From a virus, in IMG/VR virus record IMGVR_UViG_3300042307_001176, positions 64,001 to 128,000 of that record: a stretch of DNA of 64,000 bases, one strand, 5' to 3'. Within the stretch, counting starts at the first letter, position 1. The number at the start of each line of letters is the position of its first letter. The translations under genes and the position numbers were made by a program. The notes beneath the pieces were generated by a model. That model ran no database searches. It was not told the origin of the DNA and saw nothing but the letters and a program-made list of their open reading frames with translations. Positions 20,758 through 28,564 of this stretch are shown here, piece after piece.

Positions 20758-21516
20758 TTAGAATTCGAAGAGTCTTTTAATACCTCTATAGCGATTTGAT
20801 AAAGACTCTTTTAATCTTGTAATTGAGATTTCAAATTCTCTACCAAAAACTTTAGGGGCTTCTTTGTAGGATTCTTGTGATTCGTCATTAGAATCTTGAG
20901 TGAATTGCCAATAGAAAGACATTTCTTCTGGTACATTAAATCCATAAAATTCATATACTTGCATTTGTGTCTCTAGAACTGTTTCTCCGTTCCAGTTTTG
21001 TCCTATAATAACACATCCTGCATCTATACCTTCTACAACGTTAATATCTTCCAGTGTTGTTTTTCTATTCTCTATCCAGTTTAATCTTTCAATTAGTTTC
21101 TGATAGAATGCGTTTGCTTGACCCCATCTAACACTTATAAAGAAAACTACCGCATCGGATTCAAAAAGTTCTTTAGTAACTTTCCAAAGTTCATCTTCCT
21201 TGTTATTAAGAGAAGCCCAGCATCTATGATTTCCTGATGGATCTTTTTCTTCGTCTTTTAGTTGTGCACCTTCTACACCACAATTATTACCTTCTACACC
21301 AGATACGTTACCTTCACAAGGAAATATTTTTAATTTAGGTATTTCCAATAGGACAACCTCAGTTGATTCCGCTAATTTTTTCTGTATATCCATTGCAAGA
21401 AGAGTAGACTTAGGTATCTCTTTACTCCCCTCCCATCTATTAGATGTGGTTAAAAATAGTACCTTCTTTTTACCAGAAAGATACTCCATTAATTTTTCTA
21501 ATTGTTCATTTGGCAT
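20758..21516 (-). CDS. flavodoxin-like NAD(P)H-dependent FMN reductase family protein
   Basis: TTSNR...ST.LA, I.PC.G, ESDAVVF...RWG...LIERL. Confidence 0.7.
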   Translation of the reverse strand: MPNEQLEKLMEYLSGKKKVLFLTTSNRWEGSKEIPKSTLLAMDIQKKLAESTEVVLLEIPKLKIFPCEGNVSGVEGNNCGVEGAQLKDEEKDPSGNHRCWASLNNKEDELWKVTKELFESDAVVFFISVRWGQANAFYQKLIERLNWIENRKTTLEDINVVEGIDAGCVIIGQNWNGETVLETQMQVYEFYGFNVPEEMSFYWQFTQDSNDESQESYKEAPKVFGREFEISITRLKESLSNRYRGIKRLFEF

Positions 21517-21563
21517 GTATTATATATCCTATCTTTTTAAATACCTTCATGAATATATAGAAT

Positions 21564-21818
21564 ATGAATCATATCCAGATATTTGAAAATTTTATACAAG
21601 GAGGAAGAAAAGAATTTACTGATTCTGAAATTGAATACTACCAGAAATTGTGGGATTGGCTCCATGATAAGTACAGATACAATAAATTCTTTCTAAGTCT
21701 TTGGGATCAGGCTAAGAATAAAAGGTCACTTAGTAATAAACAATGGACTCAGTTAGAATTCCTTCTTAAAAACGGAAAATCTCAATACGAAGCTGGTATT
21801 CTACCTAATAATTATTAA
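21564..21818 (+). CDS. hypothetical protein with MNHIQIFENF N-terminal peptide
   Basis: ORF after GAATATATA. Confidence 0.6.
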   Translation: MNHIQIFENFIQGGRKEFTDSEIEYYQKLWDWLHDKYRYNKFFLSLWDQAKNKRSLSNKQWTQLEFLLKNGKSQYEAGILPNNY

Positions 21819-21856
21819 TCTTACGAAACAAACTTTTTAAAACTGATATAAAAAAT

Positions 21857-22459
21857 ATGTCAACTAATAGAAATTGGGGTAAATCTAATCTTTTTTCGGA
21901 GGGTCATAGAACACATCTTCCTAGAAATTTCTGTTTATTTGATGTTGATGGTATTCTTCTAGACGATAAAAGAAATCCTAAATTTATATACGAGGGAAAA
22001 TATAAAAAAGTATCAAAAAGCAATGGGGACTTTATAGATACATTTTATCAACCAACCAATCTACAAGCTTCATTTCTAAGAAAAATTTCAGAAAAAATAG
22101 GTGTTTATATTCACGAAGAAACAACTAATTCATGGTGGTTTATTAATGACCGCACTTTAGAAGAATGTGAAAATCCCAATCTTGATAAAATAAAAACGGA
22201 GGATAGAGTCTACATTGAGGATATTGTTAATGGATATTCACATAACATTTCTGGCGTATTTGTAAGAACTGAAGGGGAGAAACCTTCTGAGATGGAAAAA
22301 TATGGCGAGCTTATAGCCGATTTAATATCTGTTCCTAAGGTATTAGTTAATGATGTGTTTGAAAGCGATTTTATACACTTTAAAAGAGAAGATAAACAAG
22401 TTAAATGTGAATCTGAATCCCTTTGGGATACCACATGGAAGGATTTAGAGTTAATCTAA
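21857..22459 (+). CDS. hypothetical protein, possible PD-(D/E)xK-like fold
   Basis: DVDG...YEGK pattern. Confidence 0.4.
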   Translation: MSTNRNWGKSNLFSEGHRTHLPRNFCLFDVDGILLDDKRNPKFIYEGKYKKVSKSNGDFIDTFYQPTNLQASFLRKISEKIGVYIHEETTNSWWFINDRTLEECENPNLDKIKTEDRVYIEDIVNGYSHNISGVFVRTEGEKPSEMEKYGELIADLISVPKVLVNDVFESDFIHFKREDKQVKCESESLWDTTWKDLELI

Positions 22460-23215
22460 ATCAAACTGGCCATCTAAGAAATCATTAAAATATTCATTAG
22501 AGTTATTCCAAAAATCATCTATAGATTTTTTAACCTTAATTAGGTGAGTTTCTAATACATTCAATTCTTCAATCAGTAATTCTAGATTAGGCTTACATGT
22601 ATTGAATTCTTCTTCTAAAATTTGAATATCTTCGGGTATTGGAGTTTTTATATTGAATGACTTTAGCATTCTTAATCCTTTTCCTCCTTTTTTTTGGAAT
22701 TCTTTCCACTCATTAAAATCTTCATCATCTACCCGATTTGCATATAAATTATAATCTGTTATGTCATCATCTATTGTTTCCTCAGTGTATTTAATTATTC
22801 TTTCGTTATATTTTAGAATTAACCATCCTCCACTTCTGCCTCCTTGTGACCAATCATCAAAGATATTATCGTTTTCTATTATATCATCTCCGTACATTTC
22901 TAATTGATCACTTAAGAAAAGATACCAAAGATCTTCTATCTCCTCTTTTGTAGTATTATATTTTTCAGCAAGATTATCTAGATCTGGCCAAGATCTTGTT
23001 TTTATATCAAACTCAAATCCGTCATCACTTCTTCTACCATATCCGTATGTTTCTTTTAATTCATTAGATTTATCTAGAATATTTTCTGCTAATTCACCAA
23101 GTTCTTTACTCCATTCGAACCTTTCATCTAAACCAAAATATTTCATAGTTTGATCAACAGATTCATTTAGAAATTCTGAGAATTTTAGTATTCTTAGCAT
23201 GAAACTATATATCAT
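22451..23215 (-). CDS. hypothetical protein with MLRILKFSEFLNE peptide
   Basis: ORF; GRSGGWL motif. Confidence 0.6.
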   Translation of the reverse strand: MIYSFMLRILKFSEFLNESVDQTMKYFGLDERFEWSKELGELAENILDKSNELKETYGYGRRSDDGFEFDIKTRSWPDLDNLAEKYNTTKEEIEDLWYLFLSDQLEMYGDDIIENDNIFDDWSQGGRSGGWLILKYNERIIKYTEETIDDDITDYNLYANRVDDEDFNEWKEFQKKGGKGLRMLKSFNIKTPIPEDIQILEEEFNTCKPNLELLIEELNVLETHLIKVKKSIDDFWNNSNEYFNDFLDGQFDLD

Positions 23216-23245
23216 CTTTTTGTCTATGATAGAGAAAAAATTATT

Positions 23246-23620
23246 ATGCCTAAGAGTAAAGTAAGAAAGAAAAAAGGTAAGCCAGTAAAATATACACCAA
23301 AACCTACTGGCATTTCTAAAACAAAAATGAAAAAATTAATGGAGTTAATTGCACAGCAGCAGGAATTAATGAAAGAAGCTCCAGAAACTCCAGAAATTAG
23401 AGAAGGTAAAGGTGCTTTGCACATTTCAGAAGACTTCACAAAGAAATTAAATGTTCTAGCTACGGATCAAATTAATGAAGGTCCCGAATTACAAGAAAAT
23501 GAAGATTCGAATAATAAATTTTCTGATGAATCAGGGGATTTACCAACAATTGTTGTGGAAAATGAAGACTTAGAAATTTCTGAAGAAAATGAAGGACCAG
23601 TTTCTTCAGAAAGTGAATAA
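23246..23620 (+). CDS. hypothetical protein, basic N-terminus and acidic C-terminus
   Basis: MPKSKVRKKK start; Glu-rich tail. Confidence 0.55.
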   Translation: MPKSKVRKKKGKPVKYTPKPTGISKTKMKKLMELIAQQQELMKEAPETPEIREGKGALHISEDFTKKLNVLATDQINEGPELQENEDSNNKFSDESGDLPTIVVENEDLEISEENEGPVSSESE

Positions 23621-23669
23621 TTTTTTATTCTGCTAATGGTTATATACCATAAAGAAATAATCTATAAAA

Positions 23670-23987
23670 ATGACAATTAATAGTGATGAACAATTAAATG
23701 AAGCAATAAATAATGATAAGGAGACTTTAATTCTTTTCTCTGCAGATTGGTGTGGACCATGTAAAATTCTTAAACCCACTCTAGCAAAAGTCGAAGAATC
23801 TCTTTCTGAATCATATAATTTCATTAAAGTTGATATTTCAGAAGTGGAAGAAAACACAAAAAAATTTAATATCAGAAACATTCCCACTTGCATTTTAACT
23901 AAAGGGGGAAAAGAAATTTCAAGATTCTCTGGCGTAAAAACTGAAGATCAAATAAAAAAATTCTTAGAGGAATATATAATAAATTGA
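23670..23987 (+). CDS. trxA: thioredoxin
   Basis: FSADWCGPCK and IRNIPT. Confidence 0.92.
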   Translation: MTINSDEQLNEAINNDKETLILFSADWCGPCKILKPTLAKVEESLSESYNFIKVDISEVEENTKKFNIRNIPTCILTKGGKEISRFSGVKTEDQIKKFLEEYIIN

Positions 23988-23996
23988 AACTTTTAG

Positions 23997-24035
23997 TATA
24001 TTTGCGAATATTATTAAAAACACGTTCTTTAACAT
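23997..24035 (+). promoter_or_regulatory. Bacteroidota-type -7 promoter element plus boxA
   Basis: TATATTTG at 23997-24004; GTTCTTTAACAT at 24024-24035. Confidence 0.65.
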
Positions 24036-24041
24036 ACTTAT

Positions 24042-24264
24042 TTTCTTGAAGCGGTTTAGAGGGTTACTTCATATAATCGATGAAAAGATTAGTTCTCCGG
24101 TTCTAATCTACATAGGTTCTCAGTACTGCTATAGATGAGACGCTTTTATTTTCGTAAGGATTTAAAAGAAGAATACAGTAGCTCGGTTCAATTCACTGGA
24201 CTAGAAATAAAGGAATGATTACCTCCCATAAGGAGGGACCACCTTTTAAAGATTTCTCAAGAAA
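24042..24264 (+). ncRNA. Y-RNA-like structured RNA, copy 1 (long insertion)
   Basis: tttcttga/tcaagaaa closing stem; GAAGCGG; 10-bp stem tttagagggt/accttttaaa; TACTTC; upstream of Ro60. Confidence 0.65.
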
Positions 24265-24280
24265 GTATTATTAATAAAAT

Positions 24281-24351
24281 AAACTCCGACGCGGGAATAA
24301 GGATTACATCATACAGGAAATAAAAACATCCTTATTTAATATTCTCGGTTT
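24281..24351 (+). ncRNA. Y-RNA-like structured RNA, copy 2
   Basis: ccga/tcgg stem; GACGCGG; gaataaggat/atccttattt; TACATC; AATATTCTC. Confidence 0.65.
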
Positions 24352-24360
24352 TTAAATTAT

Positions 24361-24436
24361 TATTCTGAAGCGGGGTAAAGAGTTACTTCTTATAAATTTG
24401 CACGAAACAACACTCTTCATCAATATACTCAGAATA
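24361..24436 (+). ncRNA. Y-RNA-like structured RNA, copy 3
   Basis: tattctga/tcagaata; GAAGCGG; ggtaaagagt/actcttcatc; TACTTC; AATATACTC. Confidence 0.7.
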
Positions 24437-24443
24437 TAACTTT

Positions 24444-24479
24444 AAGGGGTTTGGACGCTATGCGACTGAACCCTTTTTT
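24444..24479 (+). terminator. terminator-like hairpin between the RNA array and the Ro60 gene
   Basis: aaggggtt...aacccttt followed by a T run. Confidence 0.5.
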
Positions 24480-24505
24480 ATTGCGTAACGATTAAAAATA
24501 AATAT

Positions 24506-26152
24506 ATGTCAAGACTAGGCGAATTTGCTGACAAAAAAACAGCAATGCAAATTTTACAAAACTCCTCTTACGGAGCACTAGGAGTAGAGAACTTCATGGG
24601 TGGAACATCTTATTCTTTATCCCCACTGAACACATTAAAGATTGTTGCTGCGTCTTCAATCTTTGGAGAACCACAGTATTATAGAGATGGACTTGGATCA
24701 CCTAAAAATCTTAGTACAATTTTAGAGTATTCAATACTTTCACCGCTGTTCAAAAAAGAATCAGGAGAAGTTATAGACAATATGACTTCATTGGACATAT
24801 TTGAAATTGCCATACAAGCAGCTTTAGACTTTGACTTTAAAGCAACATTAGATTTGACATTAGAACTTCGTAACGAGTACTACATGCGTCTAAATCCTGC
24901 TGTAATATTCATGAAAGCGAGTATGCACGAAGGACGTCAGGAGTTCAACGAGAAAAATCCAGGTTACATGAAAAAGATAGGTAAATCTATTGCTCTACGT
25001 CCAGACGATTTGACCAACCAATTCGAATACTACATGTATAAGAATTCGTCTAAAAAAGGTCTTTCATCATTAGTGAAAAGAACTTGGGCAGAAAAACTTG
25101 CAGAATTCTCTCGTTACCAATTAAACAAATACAAAGGTAAAAGTCTAATTGATCTTGTTCGTATCTCGCATGCTAAGAGTGAAGATATTAACGAGCTAAT
25201 GACAACAGGAGGATTAAAAGTATCTGACGCAGAGAAAACTTGGGAGAATCTAAAATCAGAAGGAAAAAACTGGAGAGATATCACAGACACAATCTTGATT
25301 CCCCATATGGCTCTTTTAAGAAACCTTAGAGGTATTTTTACTGAGATCGAAGATCCTTCAACTACAGCAAGAATCTTAGCTCAATTAAAAGCTGGAGTTA
25401 TTAAAGGTAAACAATTTCCTTTCAGATATTGGTCAGCTTATAAAGCAGTATCAAATTCTCAAATACATCACAAACAACTTGTATTGGATACATTAGAAGA
25501 GTGTCTAGATATTTCAGTTGAGAACATGCCTAAATTAGGAGGTAAAACTGTGTGTCTTTCTGATAACTCAGGATCTGCATGGAGTGCTTTCAATAGCGAA
25601 TATGGATCAGTTACTGTTGCCGAAATTGCTAACTTGTCATCTTTGATCACTTCACTCCAATCTGATTCAGGGGAAGTTGGAGTATTTGGAGATAATCTTT
25701 CGTTAAAAGGAGTATCTAAAAGAAATGGGCTTCTTACACAATTGGAAGAGACATCAGAAAGAGGTAGAGCTCAAGGAGGTGGTACAGAAAATGGTATTTG
25801 GGTATTCTTTGATGATGCTATCAAAAAAGGAACACAATATGACAATATCTTCATCTACTCCGACATGCAAGCAGGACATGGTAATCTTTATGGACACAGA
25901 GAAACAGTAGGGAGAACTAATTTTGTTCATTCAACGAAAGGAGGGACATACATTGACGTACTTGCAATGGCTCAAGAATATAGAAACAAAGTTAACCCTA
26001 AAGTGAATTTATTCACTGTACAAGTTGGTGGTTATAATAACAGTGTTCTACCAGAATCATTATACAGAGGAGCAATTTTAGCTGGATGGACAGGTAAAGA
26101 GCCGGTTTTTGCTAAAGCAATTATAGATGCTTGGGATTCAGAAGAAGCATAA
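24506..26152 (+). CDS. rsr: Ro60/Rsr TROVE-domain RNA-binding protein with vWA domain
   Basis: ENFMGG, FGEPQYY, KYK...DLVRISH, TWE, MALLRNL, FPFRY, MIDAS DNSGS. Confidence 0.9.
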   Translation: MSRLGEFADKKTAMQILQNSSYGALGVENFMGGTSYSLSPLNTLKIVAASSIFGEPQYYRDGLGSPKNLSTILEYSILSPLFKKESGEVIDNMTSLDIFEIAIQAALDFDFKATLDLTLELRNEYYMRLNPAVIFMKASMHEGRQEFNEKNPGYMKKIGKSIALRPDDLTNQFEYYMYKNSSKKGLSSLVKRTWAEKLAEFSRYQLNKYKGKSLIDLVRISHAKSEDINELMTTGGLKVSDAEKTWENLKSEGKNWRDITDTILIPHMALLRNLRGIFTEIEDPSTTARILAQLKAGVIKGKQFPFRYWSAYKAVSNSQIHHKQLVLDTLEECLDISVENMPKLGGKTVCLSDNSGSAWSAFNSEYGSVTVAEIANLSSLITSLQSDSGEVGVFGDNLSLKGVSKRNGLLTQLEETSERGRAQGGGTENGIWVFFDDAIKKGTQYDNIFIYSDMQAGHGNLYGHRETVGRTNFVHSTKGGTYIDVLAMAQEYRNKVNPKVNLFTVQVGGYNNSVLPESLYRGAILAGWTGKEPVFAKAIIDAWDSEEA

Positions 26153-26170
26153 TAAATACTACTAATTATT

Positions 26171-26197
26171 AAAATCCCTAGAGATAGGGATTTTTTT
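26171..26197 (+). terminator. intrinsic terminator after the Ro60 gene
   Basis: aaaatccct-agagat-agggattttttt. Confidence 0.8.
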
Positions 26198-26219
26198 GTG
26201 TGCTTTGGATAAATAGTAT

Positions 26220-26468
26220 ATGAAAAATATAAGAACTTTTGAAAATTATGATGTACAGGAAATTCATGATAACTCACCAATTAAACCATATGGTGTTCCT
26301 TATTCTTTAACTAATCTTAATATTGGGGATAAAGTGACTTATTTAGGAATGCCTGGTGAAGTTAAAAGTGTTGATGAATATTTATTAATTCTTACCTTAT
26401 TAAAAACAGGAAAACAGATAAGGATTAATCAATCTATGTTTAATCAAAGGGGATTTATTGGTAAATAA
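26220..26468 (+). CDS. hypothetical protein (MKNIRTFENY peptide, SH3/KOW-like)
   Basis: 82 aa ORF. Confidence 0.55.
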   Translation: MKNIRTFENYDVQEIHDNSPIKPYGVPYSLTNLNIGDKVTYLGMPGEVKSVDEYLLILTLLKTGKQIRINQSMFNQRGFIGK

Positions 26469-26490
26469 ATCATAAAATAATAATAATAAA

Positions 26491-26637
26491 ATGGCTAAAG
26501 CTAAATCAATAGACTCTTCAAAGAATCATATGCGTAAAGCTAAGACAAAAAGACCTGGCGTGCATTCTAAATGTAAGAATAGCATCAGCAAAAAAGCCAA
26601 GCATTATAATAAGCCTTATAAATCTCAAGGAAGATAA
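26491..26637 (+). CDS. small basic protein
   Basis: 48 aa MAKAKS...KRPGVHSK...KPYKSQGR; below the ORF-track cutoff. Confidence 0.6.
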   Translation: MAKAKSIDSSKNHMRKAKTKRPGVHSKCKNSISKKAKHYNKPYKSQGR

Positions 26638-26660
26638 TAAAGATATATAAAATAAAACAA

Positions 26661-27023
26661 ATGAGACACATCAGAATATACGAACAATTCGACATGGCAG
26701 CAGCTCCTGAAATGATAGAATCTCCAGAATTAGTAAAAGATGCTCATTTTGAAGCAGAAACTACAGAGTTCAGACCAACTGAAGACAATGAAGAAGGAGA
26801 ATATGTAGTTAATTTTACAAATCCAGAGGGCGAAGAAACAACAATTAATATTGGGTTTGCTAATGAACCGGAATACGTAGGTAATTCTATGATCAGTTCA
26901 ATTGATATGGTAGCAGATTCAAGTTCGGATGGTAAACAATATTCAATAATAGGATACTATGACGAACTTACAGGTACTGGAGGAGCTTATGAACTTAAAA
27001 AGGTACTAATAGAAGAGATATAA
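26661..27023 (+). CDS. acidic hypothetical protein (MRHIRIYEQF peptide)
   Basis: ORF after GATATATA. Confidence 0.6.
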   Translation: MRHIRIYEQFDMAAAPEMIESPELVKDAHFEAETTEFRPTEDNEEGEYVVNFTNPEGEETTINIGFANEPEYVGNSMISSIDMVADSSSDGKQYSIIGYYDELTGTGGAYELKKVLIEEI

Positions 27024-27027
27024 TATT

Positions 27028-27306
27028 ATGTCGGTTTCGATCTATTCCACTTATAATGAATTTAAATTTGCAGATACAGAATCATGTGAATACTTAGAAT
27101 CTGTTGAATCAGACTATGAAGACGATTCAGATAAGGATGTGTTCTTTTATACAGAAAGCAAACTAGATCCTATAGATGACGCATCTTTTTATGTTGTAGC
27201 TGATACAGAGGACGAGGATATTGCCGAAGATATTTCTAATTACCTAGGAAAGTTTAGTAAGTTTTTTCTTATTGATCTACACAAGACTATTTTCGTTATA
27301 AAATAA
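27028..27306 (+). CDS. acidic hypothetical protein
   Basis: 92 aa ORF. Confidence 0.55.
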   Translation: MSVSIYSTYNEFKFADTESCEYLESVESDYEDDSDKDVFFYTESKLDPIDDASFYVVADTEDEDIAEDISNYLGKFSKFFLIDLHKTIFVIK

Positions 27307-27383
27307 TCTAAAAACATTTTTTTTATAATAGAAAAGTTCTATATTTGTGAAACAAAATAACAAAGAGAACATATAATACTCAA

Positions 27384-27443
27384 ATGAACAAAACAATTAA
27401 CATATTACCTATATCATTAAGACCGTCGTCAAGACGATCCTAA
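27384..27443 (+). CDS. leader peptide 1 (MNKTINILPISLRPSSRRS) of the tRNA operon 1 attenuator
   Basis: Follows TATATTTG (27340); 3' part is ATA/TCN/AGA/CCN codons matching the downstream tRNAs. Confidence 0.8.
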   Translation: MNKTINILPISLRPSSRRS

Positions 27444-27524
27444 AGGTCCTATGTTAATAAAAAATAATCATTAACTAAACCGGGACCTTTAAAAGTCTCG
27501 GTTTTTTTTTGTGTTCTTTGACAT
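27441..27524 (+). promoter_or_regulatory. attenuator 1: antiterminator, terminator and boxA
   Basis: taaaggtcct (27441-50) pairs with gggaccttta (27482-91); terminator aaaccgggac/gtctcggttt plus T run; GTTCTTTGACAT at 27513-24. Confidence 0.8.
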
Positions 27525-27540
27525 GTTGGATTATAAAATT

Positions 27541-27630
27541 GGAGAGTTGCCAGAGCCAGGCTTAATGGATCAGTCTTGAAAACTGACGTAGCGAAAGTTA
27601 CCGGGGGTTCGAATCCCTCACTCTCCGCCA
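27541..27630 (+). tRNA. tRNA-Ser(TGA)
   Basis: Cloverleaf, tcagt-cttgaaa-actga, long variable arm, encoded CCA. Confidence 0.95.
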
Positions 27631-27633
27631 ATT

Positions 27634-27707
<74 letters not shown>

Positions 27708-27713
27708 CACAAA

Positions 27714-27872
27714 GCCCTCTGCCTAGCGCTGGGTATGGATCGAAGATAGAATATGCCTCTACAACGTAGACAGTTAGAATATTTCGGTATTCTTTAATGA
27801 TATGCACACTTATTCTCTAAATCGTGGGTTAGCACAGTTTGTATGTTCTGGGGATATTTAAAGACATACAAT
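27714..27872 (+). ncRNA. unidentified structured spacer RNA in tRNA operon 1
   Basis: Hairpins tgccta/tgggta, tctac/gtaga, agaatat-ttcg-gtattct, ttgtatgt/acatacaa; no plus-strand ORF in the track. Confidence 0.35.
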
Positions 27873-27874
27873 TT

Positions 27875-27947
27875 CGGGATGTAGATCAGTTGGTAGATCG
27901 CCTGGTTTGGGACCAGGAGGCCGTCAGTTCGAGTCTGGCCATCCCGA
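27875..27947 (+). tRNA. tRNA-Pro(TGG)
   Basis: cctgg-tttggga-ccagg. Confidence 0.95.
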
Positions 27948-27954
27948 CATCAAT

Positions 27955-28028
27955 AGAGGCGTAGCTCAATTGGTTAGAGCACATGCCTTATACGCATGCG
28001 GTCACGAGTTCGACTCTCGTCGTCTCTA
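27955..28028 (+). tRNA. tRNA-Ile(TAT)
   Basis: catgc-cttatac-gcatg. Confidence 0.9.
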
Positions 28029-28032
28029 CTTA

Positions 28033-28106
28033 GGTCCCTTAGCTCAGTAGGTTAGAGCAACTGACTCATAATCAGTAGGTCCACGGTTCGAGCCCGTGAG
28101 GGACCA
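28033..28106 (+). tRNA. tRNA-Ile2(CAT), lysidine type
   Basis: actga-ctcataa-tcagt; GGTCCCT acceptor resembles bacterial Ile2 rather than Met. Confidence 0.8.
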
Positions 28107-28167
28107 CTAAATTTTAAAGTCTTTAGGAGAACAAAAGTTCATGCTGGTTCAGATCCAACCTCTTGTA
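28107..28167 (+). pseudogene. decayed class II tRNA 3' remnant, probably Leu(TAA)
   Basis: ctaaa/tttag stem with a TTAA-containing loop, variable arm gaac-aaaa-gttc, T-arm-like gctgg-ttcagat-ccaac, discriminator A; no D arm. Confidence 0.4.
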
Positions 28168-28189
28168 TTTTTTGGATATATAATAAATC

Positions 28190-28561
28190 ATGAATGATCA
28201 TATTAGAATATCCGGACTCGGTATAGAAATATACAAAAATGATATACCAGGAGTGAGATGGAATAAAGCTCAGACTTTTGCAGAATTTCTTAAAGATGGG
28301 TGGAGGTTGCCTACATTAAAAGAACTTGCTTTAATAAAAACACTAAGGGATGTTGGAGGCATAGGAAGATTTCCTGCGGAATATTCGGATTTTTCTGATT
28401 CATATTATTGGAGCGGAAAAGAAGGAGAAGCTGCCACTCTAAGAACTCAATTAAAAGACGGAAGTAGTAGTTATGCTTATTACTTTGATGTGGCTAAAGG
28501 AATTTCTTCACATAGTAAAAAAGCATACGATCTTAGGGTTAGGTTTGTCAGAGATATATAA
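28190..28561 (+). CDS. DUF1566 (Lcl C-terminal)-like domain protein
   Basis: W..A...GWRLPT.KEL...YYWS...RVRFVR. Confidence 0.75.
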   Translation: MNDHIRISGLGIEIYKNDIPGVRWNKAQTFAEFLKDGWRLPTLKELALIKTLRDVGGIGRFPAEYSDFSDSYYWSGKEGEAATLRTQLKDGSSSYAYYFDVAKGISSHSKKAYDLRVRFVRDI

Positions 28562-28564
28562 TGT

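Noticed and set aside
24042-24436. CRISPR array interpretation of the repeated motif
   Set aside because: Units are not identical direct repeats with uniform spacers; they covary as paired stems, and there are no cas genes in the window.
27785-27805. Possible ochre-suppressor anticodon arm (gtatt-ctttaat-gatat)
   Set aside because: No T arm, D arm or acceptor stem around it, and it competes with a better TTCG hairpin.
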